Source: Chloroflexota bacterium (lineage in GTDB: Bacteria; Chloroflexota; Dehalococcoidia; Lucifugimonadales; UBA3495). From it: a stretch of 64,000 bases of DNA. The stretch spans positions 8,600-72,599 of the forward strand of contig VXTR01000052.1 of the NCBI GenBank assembly GCA_009837355.1. Direction: 5' to 3'. Below are positions 37,550 to 47,936 of this stretch, in pieces. The translations under genes were made by a program, and so were the position numbers. Within the stretch, counting starts at the first letter, position 1. Every line of letters begins with the position of its first letter. Below the pieces are notes generated by a model. The model searched no databases, was not told the origin of the DNA, and was given only the letters and a program-made list of their open reading frames with translations.

Positions 37550-39898
37550 CTACCCGCCGTTCCGCTCCCAGAGGGCTTCCAGGACGGCGCCGGGGTTCAT
37601 GGGCAGGTTCTCCAGGCGCGCGCCGGTGGCGTTGGCGATGGCGTTGCCGATGGCCGCCATGGGCGGCACCAGGGAGACCTCGCCGACGCCGCGCACGCCC
37701 AGCGGATGGCCCGGGTTGGGCACTTCCACGATTACCGTGTCGATCATGGGCAGGTCGAGGGCGGTGGGCATCCGGTAGTCCAGGAAGGACGAGTTAAGCA
37801 TCTGGCCGTCGCCATCGAAGAAGTACTCTTCGTTGAGCGCCCAGCCGATGCCCTGCACTGCGCCGCCCTGTATCTGGCCTTCCACGTAGCTGGGATGGAT
37901 GGCCTTGCCGCAGTCCTGAATGGCGGTGAAGCGCAGCAGCTCAACCTTGCCGGTGTCGGGGTCAACCTCCACGTCGGCGACGTTGATGGCGAAGGCGTTG
38001 CCCACGCCGGCGGGATTGGCCGTGCCGTGCCCGACGATGGGACCGCCGGTGCCGTTGAGACGGCGGGCCAGCTGGTCAAAGGTCATGCGCAGGGCGTCGT
38101 CGGACTTGTGGGCCAAGCTGCCGTCTTCCTGGTATTCCACGTCCTCGACGGGAACGTCCCAGATGCGGGCGGCGCGTTCAATCATCTGGCGGCGCACGTC
38201 CTCGCCGGCCTGATAGACGGCGGTGCCCATCTTGAAGGTAACGCCGCTGCCGCCGGCGCCGCTGCTGTAGCCGATGCTGTCGGTGTCCACGATGGACGGC
38301 TTGATGCGCTCGGCCGGCAGGCCCAGCACCTCGGCGACGTGCATGGCCATGGCGGCCCGCGAGCCTCCGATGTCCGGTGAGCCTTCAATCAAGCTCACGG
38401 TGCCGTCGGGCATCACGCTGGCGACGGCGCTGGCCGGGCCGGTGCCGTTGAACCAAGCGCCGGCGGCGATGCCCCGTCCGGTGAGGCGTCCGGGCGCGGA
38501 AGGTTCCGGCACCGGAGAGGCCAAATGAGGGTGTTCCTGGGTCGCTTGCAGAACCTCAACCATGCCGACACGCCGGTAAGTGGGGCCGGCGATCTGGCGG
38601 CTGCCCTCTTTGGAGGCGTTGTTGAGGCGGAACTCCACCGGGTCAACGCCCAGCTTTTCGCAGAGTTCGTCGATGGCTTGCTCGGCAGCGAATGAAGCGG
38701 CCGGCGATCCGGGTGCGCGGTAAGCGGCGGCCTTGGGGACGTTGGTCACTACGTCGTAACCCTCAACAAAGCCGTTGGGTACATAGTAGGGGCCGAACAT
38801 GGTGCGGCACCCGCTGGGCACCGGCGAACCGGGGAATGCGCCAGCTTCGTAGATGAGGCTGGCCTGGGCCGCGGTAAAGCGTCCGTCGCGAGTGCCGCCG
38901 ACCTTCACCTTGATGATGCAGCCGGAGGTAGGGCCGGTGCCGGTGAACACTTCGGTACGGCTCATGGCGATTTTGACCGGGCGGCCGGTTTTGCGGGCCA
39001 GGGCAGCGACGACCGGCTCCAGGTAGCAGCCGCCCTGACCTTTTCCGCCGAAGCCGCCGCCGATCTCCATGGGGACGACGTTGACTTGGCCGACCGATAT
39101 GCCGAGGATGCGGCTGGTATGGTCGCGCAGGGCGAAGTGGCCCTGGCTGCTGGCCCAGATAGTTACAGTGCTGTCGGTATTCCAGCGGGCAGTTGCCGAA
39201 TGGGGTTCGATGTAGCCCTGGTGCACTTGGCTGGTACGGTATTCGCGTTCTACGATGGCGTCGGCTTCGGCAAATCCGGCCTCCACGTCGCCCAGCGTAG
39301 CCTGGAAATGGTTGGATACGTTGGAGCCGTCGCCGGTGTCGCCCTCGGCCCAACCGCCGGAGCGTTGAGCCGGATTGGCCAGGGTTACCAGACGCTCGTG
39401 AACCAGCGGCGCGCCCGGGGCCATGGCATCCTCGGCGGTGAGCACGGGCGGCAGGACTTCCCAATCCACGTCAATCAGCGCCATCGCTTCCTCGGCCAGG
39501 TGGGGCGAGTCGGCGGCGATGGCGGCAACTGCGTGACCACGGTACAGGGCCTTCTCGCGGGCCATCACGTTGCGGCTGTAAAAGCCGTAGTTCACCGCTG
39601 CCCCTTCTTCCTGATCCTTGATCTCGGCAGACACGTCCGGGAAGTCGGCGGACGTTACGACCGCGTGGACGCCGGGCAGAGCCAGGGCGCGGCTGGCGTC
39701 GATGCTGCGGATGCGGGCGTGGGCGTGGGGACTGCGCAGGATTTTGCCGTGGAGCATACCGGGAAGGTGAATGTCGGCGGCGTAGCGGGCGCGCCCCATC
39801 ACCTTGTCCGGCCCGTCGTGGCGGACGGGGCGGGTCCCGACGACCTTATAGTTCTCATCGGGATTGGACAGGACGATGTTGGGTTTATAGTCAAGCAT
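37550..39898 (-). CDS. Xanthine dehydrogenase/aldehyde oxidase-family molybdopterin-binding subunit (orphan large subunit)
   Basis: 782 aa. 'VGTRPVRHDGPDKVMGRARYAADIHLPGMLHGKILRSPHAHARI' a/b-hammerhead N-terminus. Mo-binding domains. No adjacent Fe-S or FAD subunit genes. Confidence 0.88.
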   Translation of the reverse strand: MLDYKPNIVLSNPDENYKVVGTRPVRHDGPDKVMGRARYAADIHLPGMLHGKILRSPHAHARIRSIDASRALALPGVHAVVTSADFPDVSAEIKDQEEGAAVNYGFYSRNVMAREKALYRGHAVAAIAADSPHLAEEAMALIDVDWEVLPPVLTAEDAMAPGAPLVHERLVTLANPAQRSGGWAEGDTGDGSNVSNHFQATLGDVEAGFAEADAIVEREYRTSQVHQGYIEPHSATARWNTDSTVTIWASSQGHFALRDHTSRILGISVGQVNVVPMEIGGGFGGKGQGGCYLEPVVAALARKTGRPVKIAMSRTEVFTGTGPTSGCIIKVKVGGTRDGRFTAAQASLIYEAGAFPGSPVPSGCRTMFGPYYVPNGFVEGYDVVTNVPKAAAYRAPGSPAASFAAEQAIDELCEKLGVDPVEFRLNNASKEGSRQIAGPTYRRVGMVEVLQATQEHPHLASPVPEPSAPGRLTGRGIAAGAWFNGTGPASAVASVMPDGTVSLIEGSPDIGGSRAAMAMHVAEVLGLPAERIKPSIVDTDSIGYSSGAGGSGVTFKMGTAVYQAGEDVRRQMIERAARIWDVPVEDVEYQEDGSLAHKSDDALRMTFDQLARRLNGTGGPIVGHGTANPAGVGNAFAINVADVEVDPDTGKVELLRFTAIQDCGKAIHPSYVEGQIQGGAVQGIGWALNEEYFFDGDGQMLNSSFLDYRMPTALDLPMIDTVIVEVPNPGHPLGVRGVGEVSLVPPMAAIGNAIANATGARLENLPMNPGAVLEALWERNGG

Positions 39899-40029
39899 AA
39901 GCGGAAGTCTCCCTATTACAGTGTGAGGAATGCCGGTGGCCGTAATTTACCACAAACGCAAGTGGGGCGCCCCTAAGACCACCCCAACTGCGGTTACCTC
40001 TACACACGCCGTTCGGTGCGCGCCGGAGT

Positions 40030-40623
40030 TCAGTGGCGGCCGCGCTCCTTCCCGGGTCCGCCCCGAAATCCGCCTTGCTTGCCTCCGATGTAATCGTCGG
40101 TATCGTGGCCGGCGGGATTGGCCAGGAAGTCAGGACGCTGGGTTTGCCAGGCGGCGATGGATTCCGCCTGCGCCTGCGTAATGCGTTCGGCAGACACCAG
40201 CCTGGCCAGCGTCGCTGTAGTGCGTTGGGGGCTCGCCGCTCCGGCCATGGCGGCGGCCACACCGTCGGTATCCGCCGGGCGCCCCAGGAACCAGGCGTTG
40301 GCCTCGTCAGCCTGTTCCTGGGTGAGCATCCCATTGGCGGCTAACAGGCCGGTGTAGGAGGTGAACCGGGCGTCGGCCTGTTCCGCCGGGTCGGGTTGTT
40401 CCACGCCAAACCACCCGCCGATGCGGGCAAATGGTCCGCGGCTGTGTTCGAAGCCGTGGCGGGGATGGTCAAAGCCGTATCCGGAGTACTTGCTGGCAGC
40501 AATCCGATCCGAGCGGTGGTCGGCCTTGACGGCGATACCGAGCGCCAGGGCAACGATGAGCAGAGCCGAAACCCCGGCCAAGATGAACCAGCGCTTCCGC
40601 ATGGTACGTATCCTGTTGAACAT
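40030..40623 (-). CDS. Membrane-anchored hypothetical protein downstream of the two-component system
   Basis: GGGAGGA RBS. One N-terminal TM helix (WFILAGVSALLIVALALGIAV). No family recognised. Confidence 0.5.
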   Translation of the reverse strand: MFNRIRTMRKRWFILAGVSALLIVALALGIAVKADHRSDRIAASKYSGYGFDHPRHGFEHSRGPFARIGGWFGVEQPDPAEQADARFTSYTGLLAANGMLTQEQADEANAWFLGRPADTDGVAAAMAGAASPQRTTATLARLVSAERITQAQAESIAAWQTQRPDFLANPAGHDTDDYIGGKQGGFRGGPGKERGRH

Positions 40624-40713
40624 TGATTCCTCCCTTTGCCGCCGGAGGAATAAAGTTTTGTTTCCCGGCGGCGCCGATGGGAGTCAGACTAGACTGGCGA
40701 TGTTAAGAATTTA

Positions 40714-42153
40714 TCAATGTTCGTGAGCGGGCAGGTCGAAACCGAAACGGCTGCCGACCCGCTCCTCGCTTTCGGCCCAGACGATTCCACCATGAGCTTC
40801 TACCAATCGGCGGGCGATGGTGAGTCCCAGGCCGGCGCCGCCGGTGGCGCGTTCGCGGGACGGGTCAACGCGATAGAGGCGGTCGAACACGTGAGGCAGC
40901 GCATCGCTCGGGATGCCGGAGCCGGTGTCGGTGACGACAACGCGCACTCCGTCACCATGTGGCCCGACAGCAATGGTGACGCTTCCGCCGGGCGGCGTGT
41001 GGCGGATGGCGTTGTCAACCAGGTTGCCCAGGGCCTGCTCAATCCGCAGACGGTCCAGGTTCAGGAGGGGCAAGCCGTCAGGCAGGTCGGTGTCCAGGCG
41101 GACGGATTGAGCTTCGGCGCGAGGGCGGAAGGAGTCCACTACGCGCGCTGCAATGTCGACTATGGATTCGTGCTCCAATTGCAGGCGCAGTTCCTGGGCT
41201 TCCGTTTGGGCCAACAGGCTGAGGTCGGACACCAGGCGGTTGAGGTAAAGCGTTTGCCGGTGCACGGTGTCAAGCGTGGCGGCGTCGGGTTGCAGCAGGC
41301 CGTCCTGCATGGCCTCAATGTGGCCCTGGATGTTGGACAGGGGGGTGCGCAGCTCGTGGGCGACGTCGGCCACCATGCTGCGGCGCTGACGTTCGGAATC
41401 TTCCACAGCGTCGGCCATGTTGTTGAATGCGTGGCCCAGTTCGGCAATTTCGTCGCTCCCCTTGACGTTAACGCGGCTGGACAAGTCGCCGCCACCCAGC
41501 CGGCGCGCGGCGGCGGTGAGGCCGCCTATGGAGCCCAGAATACGGCGGGAGAGCAGCAACACCAGGATGATTCCCACAACACCGGCGACGAACCCGGCCA
41601 CGATCAAAGACCGATTGACTCGCTCGGTGAATTGAGTGAGGGGAGGTTCCTCATCGTGGGGTTCGTCCGAATGCGAGTCTGGGAAAATATAGACCGGGCC
41701 GCCGCGACGACCGGCGGCGATGGCGACGGCTCCTACCTCTGAGCCGTCCGACATGATGGGCGTGAAATACTGAGGTGGCGGCAAGGGCCCGCGAGGGATG
41801 CCGGCGTTGAACAGAACCCGGTGTCCCCGGTCATCGTGGCGTCGCCGAAGGGGCCGGTTGTCGGCGACGACGACCCCGTCAGCGTCCAGCACCACGATTT
41901 CACGTTCGGATTGGAAGCCGATGCGGTTCACGAAGTCTTGCAGTCCGTCCCAGTCGCCGGCTTCATCGTAGTAGTCAGCGAGGGCGCTGTGGATGCGACC
42001 GGCTCGCACGCGGTCCTGCTCATCCTGGATATGGGACACCTCGCGATGGGCGGCGAAACCGGTGCAAACGGCGGCGGCGATCATGGACAGGGCCAACACC
42101 GCAGCGAAGCCCAGAATGAGGCGAAGCCGGATGCCGAAGCGAAATTCAGGCAT
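40714..42153 (-). CDS. Sensor histidine kinase (TM-sensor-TM, HAMP, HisKA, HATPase_c)
   Basis: ATG 42153 overlaps the response-regulator stop by 8 nt. H-box 'VADVAHELRTPLSNIQGHIE', N/G boxes 'DNAIRHTPPGGS' and 'DTGSGIP...GGAGLGLTI'. Confidence 0.9.
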   Translation of the reverse strand: MPEFRFGIRLRLILGFAAVLALSMIAAAVCTGFAAHREVSHIQDEQDRVRAGRIHSALADYYDEAGDWDGLQDFVNRIGFQSEREIVVLDADGVVVADNRPLRRRHDDRGHRVLFNAGIPRGPLPPPQYFTPIMSDGSEVGAVAIAAGRRGGPVYIFPDSHSDEPHDEEPPLTQFTERVNRSLIVAGFVAGVVGIILVLLLSRRILGSIGGLTAAARRLGGGDLSSRVNVKGSDEIAELGHAFNNMADAVEDSERQRRSMVADVAHELRTPLSNIQGHIEAMQDGLLQPDAATLDTVHRQTLYLNRLVSDLSLLAQTEAQELRLQLEHESIVDIAARVVDSFRPRAEAQSVRLDTDLPDGLPLLNLDRLRIEQALGNLVDNAIRHTPPGGSVTIAVGPHGDGVRVVVTDTGSGIPSDALPHVFDRLYRVDPSRERATGGAGLGLTIARRLVEAHGGIVWAESEERVGSRFGFDLPAHEH

Positions 42154-42835
42154 TGCCGAACCGGTAGCCGACGCCGTGGACGGTCTGAATGTAGCGGTGC
42201 TTTTTGCCGTCGGGTTCGATTTTGCGGCGCAGGTTGGCCACGTGGACGTCCACGGTGCGGTCGAACCCGTCGAAGTCGTAGCCGAAGACTCCGTCAATAA
42301 TCTGGTTGCGGGTGAAGGTTCGCCCCGGCTCGGCGGCCAGCATCGCAAGGAGGCGGAACTCGGTGCGGGTCAGGGCCGGCTTATGCTCTCCAACCAGGAC
42401 GGTGCGCGAGTTGAGGTCAATGGTAATGCCGTCGTGTTCGATGCGAGGAGAGCGGTCAGGCGCTACTTGCCGGGAAGTGCGGCGCAGTACGGCGCGGACG
42501 CGGGCGGCCAGCTCGCGAGGGCTGAAGGGTTTGACTACGTAGTCGTCGGCCCCCAGGTCCAGGCCGGCCAGTCGGTCCGCTTCGGCGACGCGAGCGGTAA
42601 CCATAATGATGGGAACGTCGGATTCCTGGCGCAGCGCGCGGCAGATTTCCATGCCGTCCAGACGGGGCAGCATCAGGTCCAGGACGATGAGATCGGGAGC
42701 GGACTCGCGGGCCAGTTTGAGACCGGCGACGCCATCGCCAGCGGTGGCGACCCGGTGGCCGTCCTGCTCCAGATAGAGGCGAACGACGCGGGCGATGCCG
42801 GGGTCGTCTTCAATGACAAGCACGTTGTGCGACAT
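42146..42835 (-). CDS. OmpR/PhoB-family response regulator
   Basis: ATG 42835. Receiver domain 'VLVIEDDPGIARVV...DLIVLDLMLP' and winged-helix 'RTVDVHVANLRRKIE...IQTVHGVGYRF'. Confidence 0.92.
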   Translation of the reverse strand: MSHNVLVIEDDPGIARVVRLYLEQDGHRVATAGDGVAGLKLARESAPDLIVLDLMLPRLDGMEICRALRQESDVPIIMVTARVAEADRLAGLDLGADDYVVKPFSPRELAARVRAVLRRTSRQVAPDRSPRIEHDGITIDLNSRTVLVGEHKPALTRTEFRLLAMLAAEPGRTFTRNQIIDGVFGYDFDGFDRTVDVHVANLRRKIEPDGKKHRYIQTVHGVGYRFGNA

Positions 42836-42982
42836 CGTGATGAGTGGATAGTTGAAGGAGAGGATTTCGGGCAAGCGTAGCACAGCCGGGATGAGCCACA
42901 CCATCGCGCCGGTTTGACGCTCCGAGATTTCGCTGTCTATAATCCCCGCAGAATATTAAGAAATTGTGAGGTATCACACGCG

Positions 42983-43285
42983 ATGAACCTGAAAACTGGA
43001 CAGCGTTACGTAGGCCCCGGCGGGGCGGAGATGATTGTCAGCAAGGCCAGCGGCGACGGCGAGTTGACCGACGGCGAAGTACAGTTGCAAATCAAGGGGC
43101 CGAACGTGGACTTCGGCGGAGCGGCTCCGGCGGAGGACGCGCCGGAAGTTACCATGGGGAAGCGTCTGACGTCGCCGGATGGCAGCGTCTCGGTGCTCAT
43201 TACCAAGGCCGGCAAGTGCGACCTGCGCCTGAACGGCGAACCGATGGAACTGCAGGAGGCGAAGCAGTTGCCGTCGTCGGACTAG
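42983..43285 (+). CDS. Hypothetical 100-aa protein
   Basis: ATG 42983, divergent from the two-component operon. No family recognised. Confidence 0.4.
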   Translation: MNLKTGQRYVGPGGAEMIVSKASGDGELTDGEVQLQIKGPNVDFGGAAPAEDAPEVTMGKRLTSPDGSVSVLITKAGKCDLRLNGEPMELQEAKQLPSSD

Positions 43286-43363
43286 TGACGCAACAAAATA
43301 GCGCGCGTGCCAAAGGGGCGGGTGTCAAACTCGCCCCTGTTGCGTTGCCCAGAATTAGCCGGA

Positions 43364-44539
43364 CTACAGTGTTTCCAGGACGCGGGCTATGCGTTCCACC
43401 CCTTCCACAACCCGGTCGGCGGGAGACCGCATCAGGGCAATGCGGAAGTGGCCTTCCCCGCTGGCGCCAAAGCCGATGCCGGGGGTTACCACCACTCCTT
43501 CCCGCTCCACCAGCAACTCGGCCATCTCAGTGGAGGACATATCCGCCGAGTAGCGGGGGAACAGGAAAGTAGCCCCTTCGGGCCGCGGGCAATGTACGCC
43601 GCCCACCTGGGACAACCGGTCGGCGCAGCGTACGCGCAGCTCGTCGCACTCCTCCCTCCACTTGGTTAGATGCTCTTGGGGGCCTTGCAGGGCAGCCACT
43701 CCGGCCATCTGCACAAAGGGAGAGACGAAACTGGCCGTTTGCTCCTGTATCTTCAGCAGCGGCTCCAGCAGGTTTGACTGAGCCACGATGCAGCCCAACC
43801 GCCAGCCGGACATTGAATACGCCTTGGTGAAGGTGTAGCTGGTCAGGGTTCGTTCCGCCATGCCCTCCAGAGTAGCGACGGTAACGTGCCGGTTGGCATC
43901 GTAGAGGAAATACTCGTAGGTCTCGTCGCAAAGAACCAGCAGGTCCTGCTCCTGGGCCAAACGTGCTACGGCTGCCAGTTCTTCCTCGGAGTACACCCGG
44001 CCCGTGGGATTGTTGGGGTTGTTGATGACGATCATCTTGGTGCGCGGGGTAACGTACTGCTTCAACTGCTCGTAGCTGATGTGGTACTCCTCCTCCTCGC
44101 TCAGCGGCACGGCTATCGGCACGCCCTCGGCCATCTCAACCTGCTGGGCGAAACTGACCCACGTGGGCTCCAGCACCAGCACCTCATCTCCGGCCTCGAC
44201 ATAGGCGTTGATGGCCTCATACAGCCCCATCTTGCTGCCGGGCGTTACCAGGATGTCGCCGTCGGGATCAACGGCGCGGCCATTGTGGGCGGCCAGTTTG
44301 GCGGACATGGCGTGGCGCAGCTCGGGCAGGCCGCGGGATGAACTGATATTGGTAAGTCCTGCGTTCAGGGCCTTAACCCCGGCGTCGATGATGTGCTGCG
44401 GGGTTACGTGGTGCGGGCTTGACTGGCCCAGGTCGATTACGTCGTGACCCTGCCGGGCCAGTTGTCGCGCTTTTTCGCCGGCGGCCAGAGTGGCCGGCGG
44501 CTGCACTCGCTGGATGCGCGTTGCGGGAGCTCTGGACAT
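43364..44539 (-). CDS. PLP-dependent class I/II aminotransferase
   Basis: 'INNPNNPTG' and 'FTKAYSMSGWRLG' (PLP Lys). 391 aa. Confidence 0.88.
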   Translation of the reverse strand: MSRAPATRIQRVQPPATLAAGEKARQLARQGHDVIDLGQSSPHHVTPQHIIDAGVKALNAGLTNISSSRGLPELRHAMSAKLAAHNGRAVDPDGDILVTPGSKMGLYEAINAYVEAGDEVLVLEPTWVSFAQQVEMAEGVPIAVPLSEEEEYHISYEQLKQYVTPRTKMIVINNPNNPTGRVYSEEELAAVARLAQEQDLLVLCDETYEYFLYDANRHVTVATLEGMAERTLTSYTFTKAYSMSGWRLGCIVAQSNLLEPLLKIQEQTASFVSPFVQMAGVAALQGPQEHLTKWREECDELRVRCADRLSQVGGVHCPRPEGATFLFPRYSADMSSTEMAELLVEREGVVVTPGIGFGASGEGHFRIALMRSPADRVVEGVERIARVLETL

Positions 44540-44568
44540 GGTTCACCTCTTTCCCGTTGGATAGCCGC

Positions 44569-45639
44569 TTACAGGAAGTGGGGGATGACGTACTTTCCGA
44601 AGAGGCGGATGCTGTTCATTATCTTGCTGTGGGGCAGGTTGCCCATCTGCATGAAGCAGAGAATCTGGTCAACGCCGGCCTCGCGGTACTTTTCGATGGT
44701 CTTGATGACGGTTTCGGGGCTGCCCATGGCGAAGGCGCCGGAAGCGATGTGGTCGTCGGCGGTCTTATCGACGCGTTCCTCCTGGACGGCGTTGACGGCG
44801 AACTGGTAGCTCTGGGGAACGTTGCGCCCGGCCCAGGGGGCGTAGAGTTCCTCCGCTTTGCCAACGAACCACTCGCCCTCGCGGGCAGCGGACTCGTAGG
44901 CTTCCTCGTCGGTGTCGGCGACGTGAACCATGCAGAGGGCGGCGATGTTGTCGTTGACCATCCGGCCGATGGGCCGGGCGTTTTTCACGGCATCGCGGTA
45001 AATCTGCACCCGCTCCACCAGCTGCTCGTGTCCGCCCAGGTTAAAGCAGAGGACACCGACGCCAAGCTCGCCGGCCTCGCCGAATGAAGTGGGCTGGCTG
45101 CAGGCCATCCACATGGGCGGGTGCGGGTTCTGCACGGGCTTGGGGATTACGGAACGGGGCGGGATGTTGTAGAACTCGCCGGAGTGGGAGAAAGGATCTT
45201 CCGTCCACATCCGGGGAATCATCTCAATGGCCTCGCGCCACTGGGCCTTGGTCGTTTCGGGGTCAACCTCAAAGCCGTCCATCTCGATGAGGGTGGTGGA
45301 GCGTCCCGTGCCCAGATCCATGCGCCCATCGCTAACGATATCCAGCACGGCGGCGCGCTCGGCAACACGGACGGGATGGTTGTAAGCGCCGGGCAGCAGG
45401 GCGACGGCGTGGCCGATGCGGATGCGCTTGGTGCGCTGGGAGATGGCCCCATACAGCACCTCCGGCGCGGAGCAGTGGGAAAACTCCCGCAGGAAGTGGT
45501 GCTCCACCGTCCAGAAGTAATCAAAGCCAACGTCGTCGGCCAATTCCACCTGGGCCATCACCTGCTTGTAACGCTCGGCTTCAACGCCGGGGTAGTGGGG
45601 TTCGGGAACCTGGATTTCGTACATCAATCCGAATTTCAT
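44569..45639 (-). CDS. LLM-class (luciferase-like) flavin/F420-dependent oxidoreductase
   Basis: 'MKFGLMYEIQVP...LADDVGFDYFWTVEHHF' is the typical LLM N-terminus. 356 aa. Confidence 0.85.
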   Translation of the reverse strand: MKFGLMYEIQVPEPHYPGVEAERYKQVMAQVELADDVGFDYFWTVEHHFLREFSHCSAPEVLYGAISQRTKRIRIGHAVALLPGAYNHPVRVAERAAVLDIVSDGRMDLGTGRSTTLIEMDGFEVDPETTKAQWREAIEMIPRMWTEDPFSHSGEFYNIPPRSVIPKPVQNPHPPMWMACSQPTSFGEAGELGVGVLCFNLGGHEQLVERVQIYRDAVKNARPIGRMVNDNIAALCMVHVADTDEEAYESAAREGEWFVGKAEELYAPWAGRNVPQSYQFAVNAVQEERVDKTADDHIASGAFAMGSPETVIKTIEKYREAGVDQILCFMQMGNLPHSKIMNSIRLFGKYVIPHFL

Positions 45640-45688
45640 AGGTTTTCTCCTCAGATCAGCTGCTTGCGTCAGTTGCCCACGGCTGGTG

Positions 45689-46795
45689 CTACGGCACCAG
45701 CATCGCCCGCGTTATCTCCGTCTGCCGCTGGCTCCACTCGGCGGCGGCAAAAGCTTCGTTCACGTCGGCCAGGGGGAAAGTGTGGGACACCAGCTTGTCG
45801 AAGGGCAGCCGGTCCTGGTTGCGCACCAGGAAGTCCAGCAGCTCGGGCAACAGCGACGGGCGGTACATCAGGCTGCCCACGATGTTCTTGCCTTGCAACA
45901 GCTTGGACGGGTCGATGGACACTTCCTGCCCGCGCACGATGTCGCCGATTTCCACGAAGGTTCCGCCGTTGGACAGCATATCGATGCCTTCTTTCAGCAG
46001 ATCGGCGCGACCCACCAGCTCCATCACCACGTCAGCGCCCCGGCCCCGGGTCAGCTCGCGGACGCGGCGGACGCGGGTTTCGGGCGTGTTGAACTCCTCG
46101 ATGTTGATGGTGTCGTCGGCGCCGAACTCCTCGGCCAGAGCCAGGCGGTTCTCCAGGCGGTCCAGCACGATGACTCGGTCGGCGCCCCGCTCTTTGGCCA
46201 TGGCGGTGGCGTGGATGCCCAGGCCGCCGGCGCCCATTATGACCACGGATTGGCCGTGGCTCATGCCGGCCCGTTCCAGGCCGGTGGTAACGGTGCCCAT
46301 GGCGCAGTTGACCGGCCCCAGGATGCTGTCGGGCAGCTCGTCGGGGACGCGGAAGAAGGGATGGCGCGGCGGCAGGTAGAGAAAATCGCCGTAGGTGCCG
46401 GTGAAGTAGGGCCAAATGCCGGCCGCGGGATACTGGCGGTTGACGCACCAGTTGGTGTTGCCCCGCAGACACATGTGACAGTGGTAGCAGGGGAACACGG
46501 CGGCGTACACCACCCGGTCGCCCTCTTCGACTTCCGTGCCATAGTAGTCGGAAGCGACGCCGTCACCCAGGTATTCGATGACGCCGGTGCCTTCGTGTCC
46601 CATGACGCGGCCGGTGTCGGGCAGTGGCAGGTGCTCCTGGGTCTGGTCGCCGCGCCAGGTGTGCAGGTCGGAGCCGCAGATGCCGGCCTGGGTCATGCGG
46701 AGCAGAACGGCGCCGGGTTGCGGCTCGGGCACGTCGTACTCTTCAATTTCAAATGGCTTGCCGTATTCTTTGACAACAACGATCCGTCCTTTCAT
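45689..46795 (-). CDS. Zinc-dependent medium-chain alcohol dehydrogenase-family oxidoreductase
   Basis: 'GICGSDLH' catalytic-zinc motif, structural-zinc Cys cluster 'CYHCHMCLRGNTNWC', 'VIMGAGGLG' Rossmann motif. Confidence 0.88.
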   Translation of the reverse strand: MKGRIVVVKEYGKPFEIEEYDVPEPQPGAVLLRMTQAGICGSDLHTWRGDQTQEHLPLPDTGRVMGHEGTGVIEYLGDGVASDYYGTEVEEGDRVVYAAVFPCYHCHMCLRGNTNWCVNRQYPAAGIWPYFTGTYGDFLYLPPRHPFFRVPDELPDSILGPVNCAMGTVTTGLERAGMSHGQSVVIMGAGGLGIHATAMAKERGADRVIVLDRLENRLALAEEFGADDTINIEEFNTPETRVRRVRELTRGRGADVVMELVGRADLLKEGIDMLSNGGTFVEIGDIVRGQEVSIDPSKLLQGKNIVGSLMYRPSLLPELLDFLVRNQDRLPFDKLVSHTFPLADVNEAFAAAEWSQRQTEITRAMLVP

Positions 46796-46905
46796 AGATT
46801 TCCCTCCGTGATACAGCCGTAGCTGGATGGCGGTATCCTAGCACAGCCCCGCCGGTTTTGTGCTATGCTGACGGCGCGAGAGGCGCCACCGGGAGCGGCA
46901 GAGTT

Positions 46906-47334
46906 ATGAAGATTGGGATTGGTTCCGACCACGCCGGGTTTGAATACAAAGGCAAGTTGCTGGCGCTGCTGGCCTACCTGGGCCACGAGGCGGTTGACTA
47001 CGGAGCCTACTCCGACGAAGCCAGCGACTACCCGCAGTGGATTCGGCCGGTGGCGGAGTCCGTGGCCCGGGGCGAGGTTGACCGGGGCATAGTGCTGGGC
47101 GGCTCCGGCAACGGCGAGGCAATCGTCGCCAACCGCGTGCCCGGCGTGCGCTGCACGCTGTGCTGGAACGTGGAATCAGCCCGCTACGGACGGCAACACA
47201 ACGACTCCAACGTGCTGTCCATGGGGCAGCGGATGGTGTCCTGGGAAACGGCGCGGGAGATTGTGGATGCGTGGCTGACCACCGAGTTCGAGGGTGGGCG
47301 GCACCTGCGCCGCATCAATCAGATAGACGAGTAA
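46906..47334 (+). CDS. rpiB: Ribose-5-phosphate isomerase B (RpiB/LacAB family)
   Basis: 'MKIGIGSDHAGFEYK' N-terminus. 142 aa from ATG 46906. Confidence 0.88.
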   Translation: MKIGIGSDHAGFEYKGKLLALLAYLGHEAVDYGAYSDEASDYPQWIRPVAESVARGEVDRGIVLGGSGNGEAIVANRVPGVRCTLCWNVESARYGRQHNDSNVLSMGQRMVSWETAREIVDAWLTTEFEGGRHLRRINQIDE

Positions 47335-47926
47335 CCCCAATCATGCTGTCCCGGGTAACGAGCCCGGCCAACTCCTCTTCGCTCATCCCCTCGGTCCCGG
47401 CCGGTCGGCACGGGAGCACGAGATAGCGCATATCGGCGGTGCTGTCCAGCACATCAACTCTGGTATCCGTGGGTAGCGTCGTCCCGAATTCCGCCATCAC
47501 GCCGCGAGGGTCGCTCACGGCGCGGGCACGGTAGGCCAGGCTCTTGTACCAGTCGGGCGGCCGGCCCAGCAGCATCCGGGGGTAGCAGGAGCACAGCGTG
47601 CAGACCACCAGGTGATGCAAGTCGTCGGTGTTCTCAACGACGGCCAGATGTGGTGTCTCCGCAGGTATGCTGATGCCCATTTCGGCCAGAGCGGAACGGG
47701 AATCGGCCAGGAGGCGAGCCTTGAACGCGGCGTCCGTCCAAGCGCGGGCGACGACCCTTGCGCCGTCGGCGGGAGTGCGCCCGTCCATCAGGTTCACCTG
47801 CTGCTGCACCTGGTCGGCGGTGAGCAGGCCCTTGTCGGCCAGCAGCGCCTCGATTGCCACCGAGCGCAGGGCAACCTCGCTCATGGGCTGGTCGTGTACG
47901 TGGTCTTCAACGTGGGTTGCGGTCAT
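47315..47926 (-). CDS. Nitrile hydratase alpha-subunit-like protein (Co-type VCTLCSC site)
   Basis: ATG 47926 with GGGAGGG RBS, 203 aa. 'HHLVVCTLCSCYPRMLLGRPPDWYKS' (nt about 47582-47608) is the NHase/SCNase metal-binding claw. Thr at position 2 of the claw is the cobalt-type variant. Confidence 0.88.
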   Translation of the reverse strand: MTATHVEDHVHDQPMSEVALRSVAIEALLADKGLLTADQVQQQVNLMDGRTPADGARVVARAWTDAAFKARLLADSRSALAEMGISIPAETPHLAVVENTDDLHHLVVCTLCSCYPRMLLGRPPDWYKSLAYRARAVSDPRGVMAEFGTTLPTDTRVDVLDSTADMRYLVLPCRPAGTEGMSEEELAGLVTRDSMIGVTRLSD

Positions 47927-47936
47927 ACTTCCCTCC

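Noticed and set aside
45686-46822. 378-aa plus-strand ORF
   Set aside because: It runs antisense to the zinc-ADH gene, which has GICGSDLH and Rossmann motifs.
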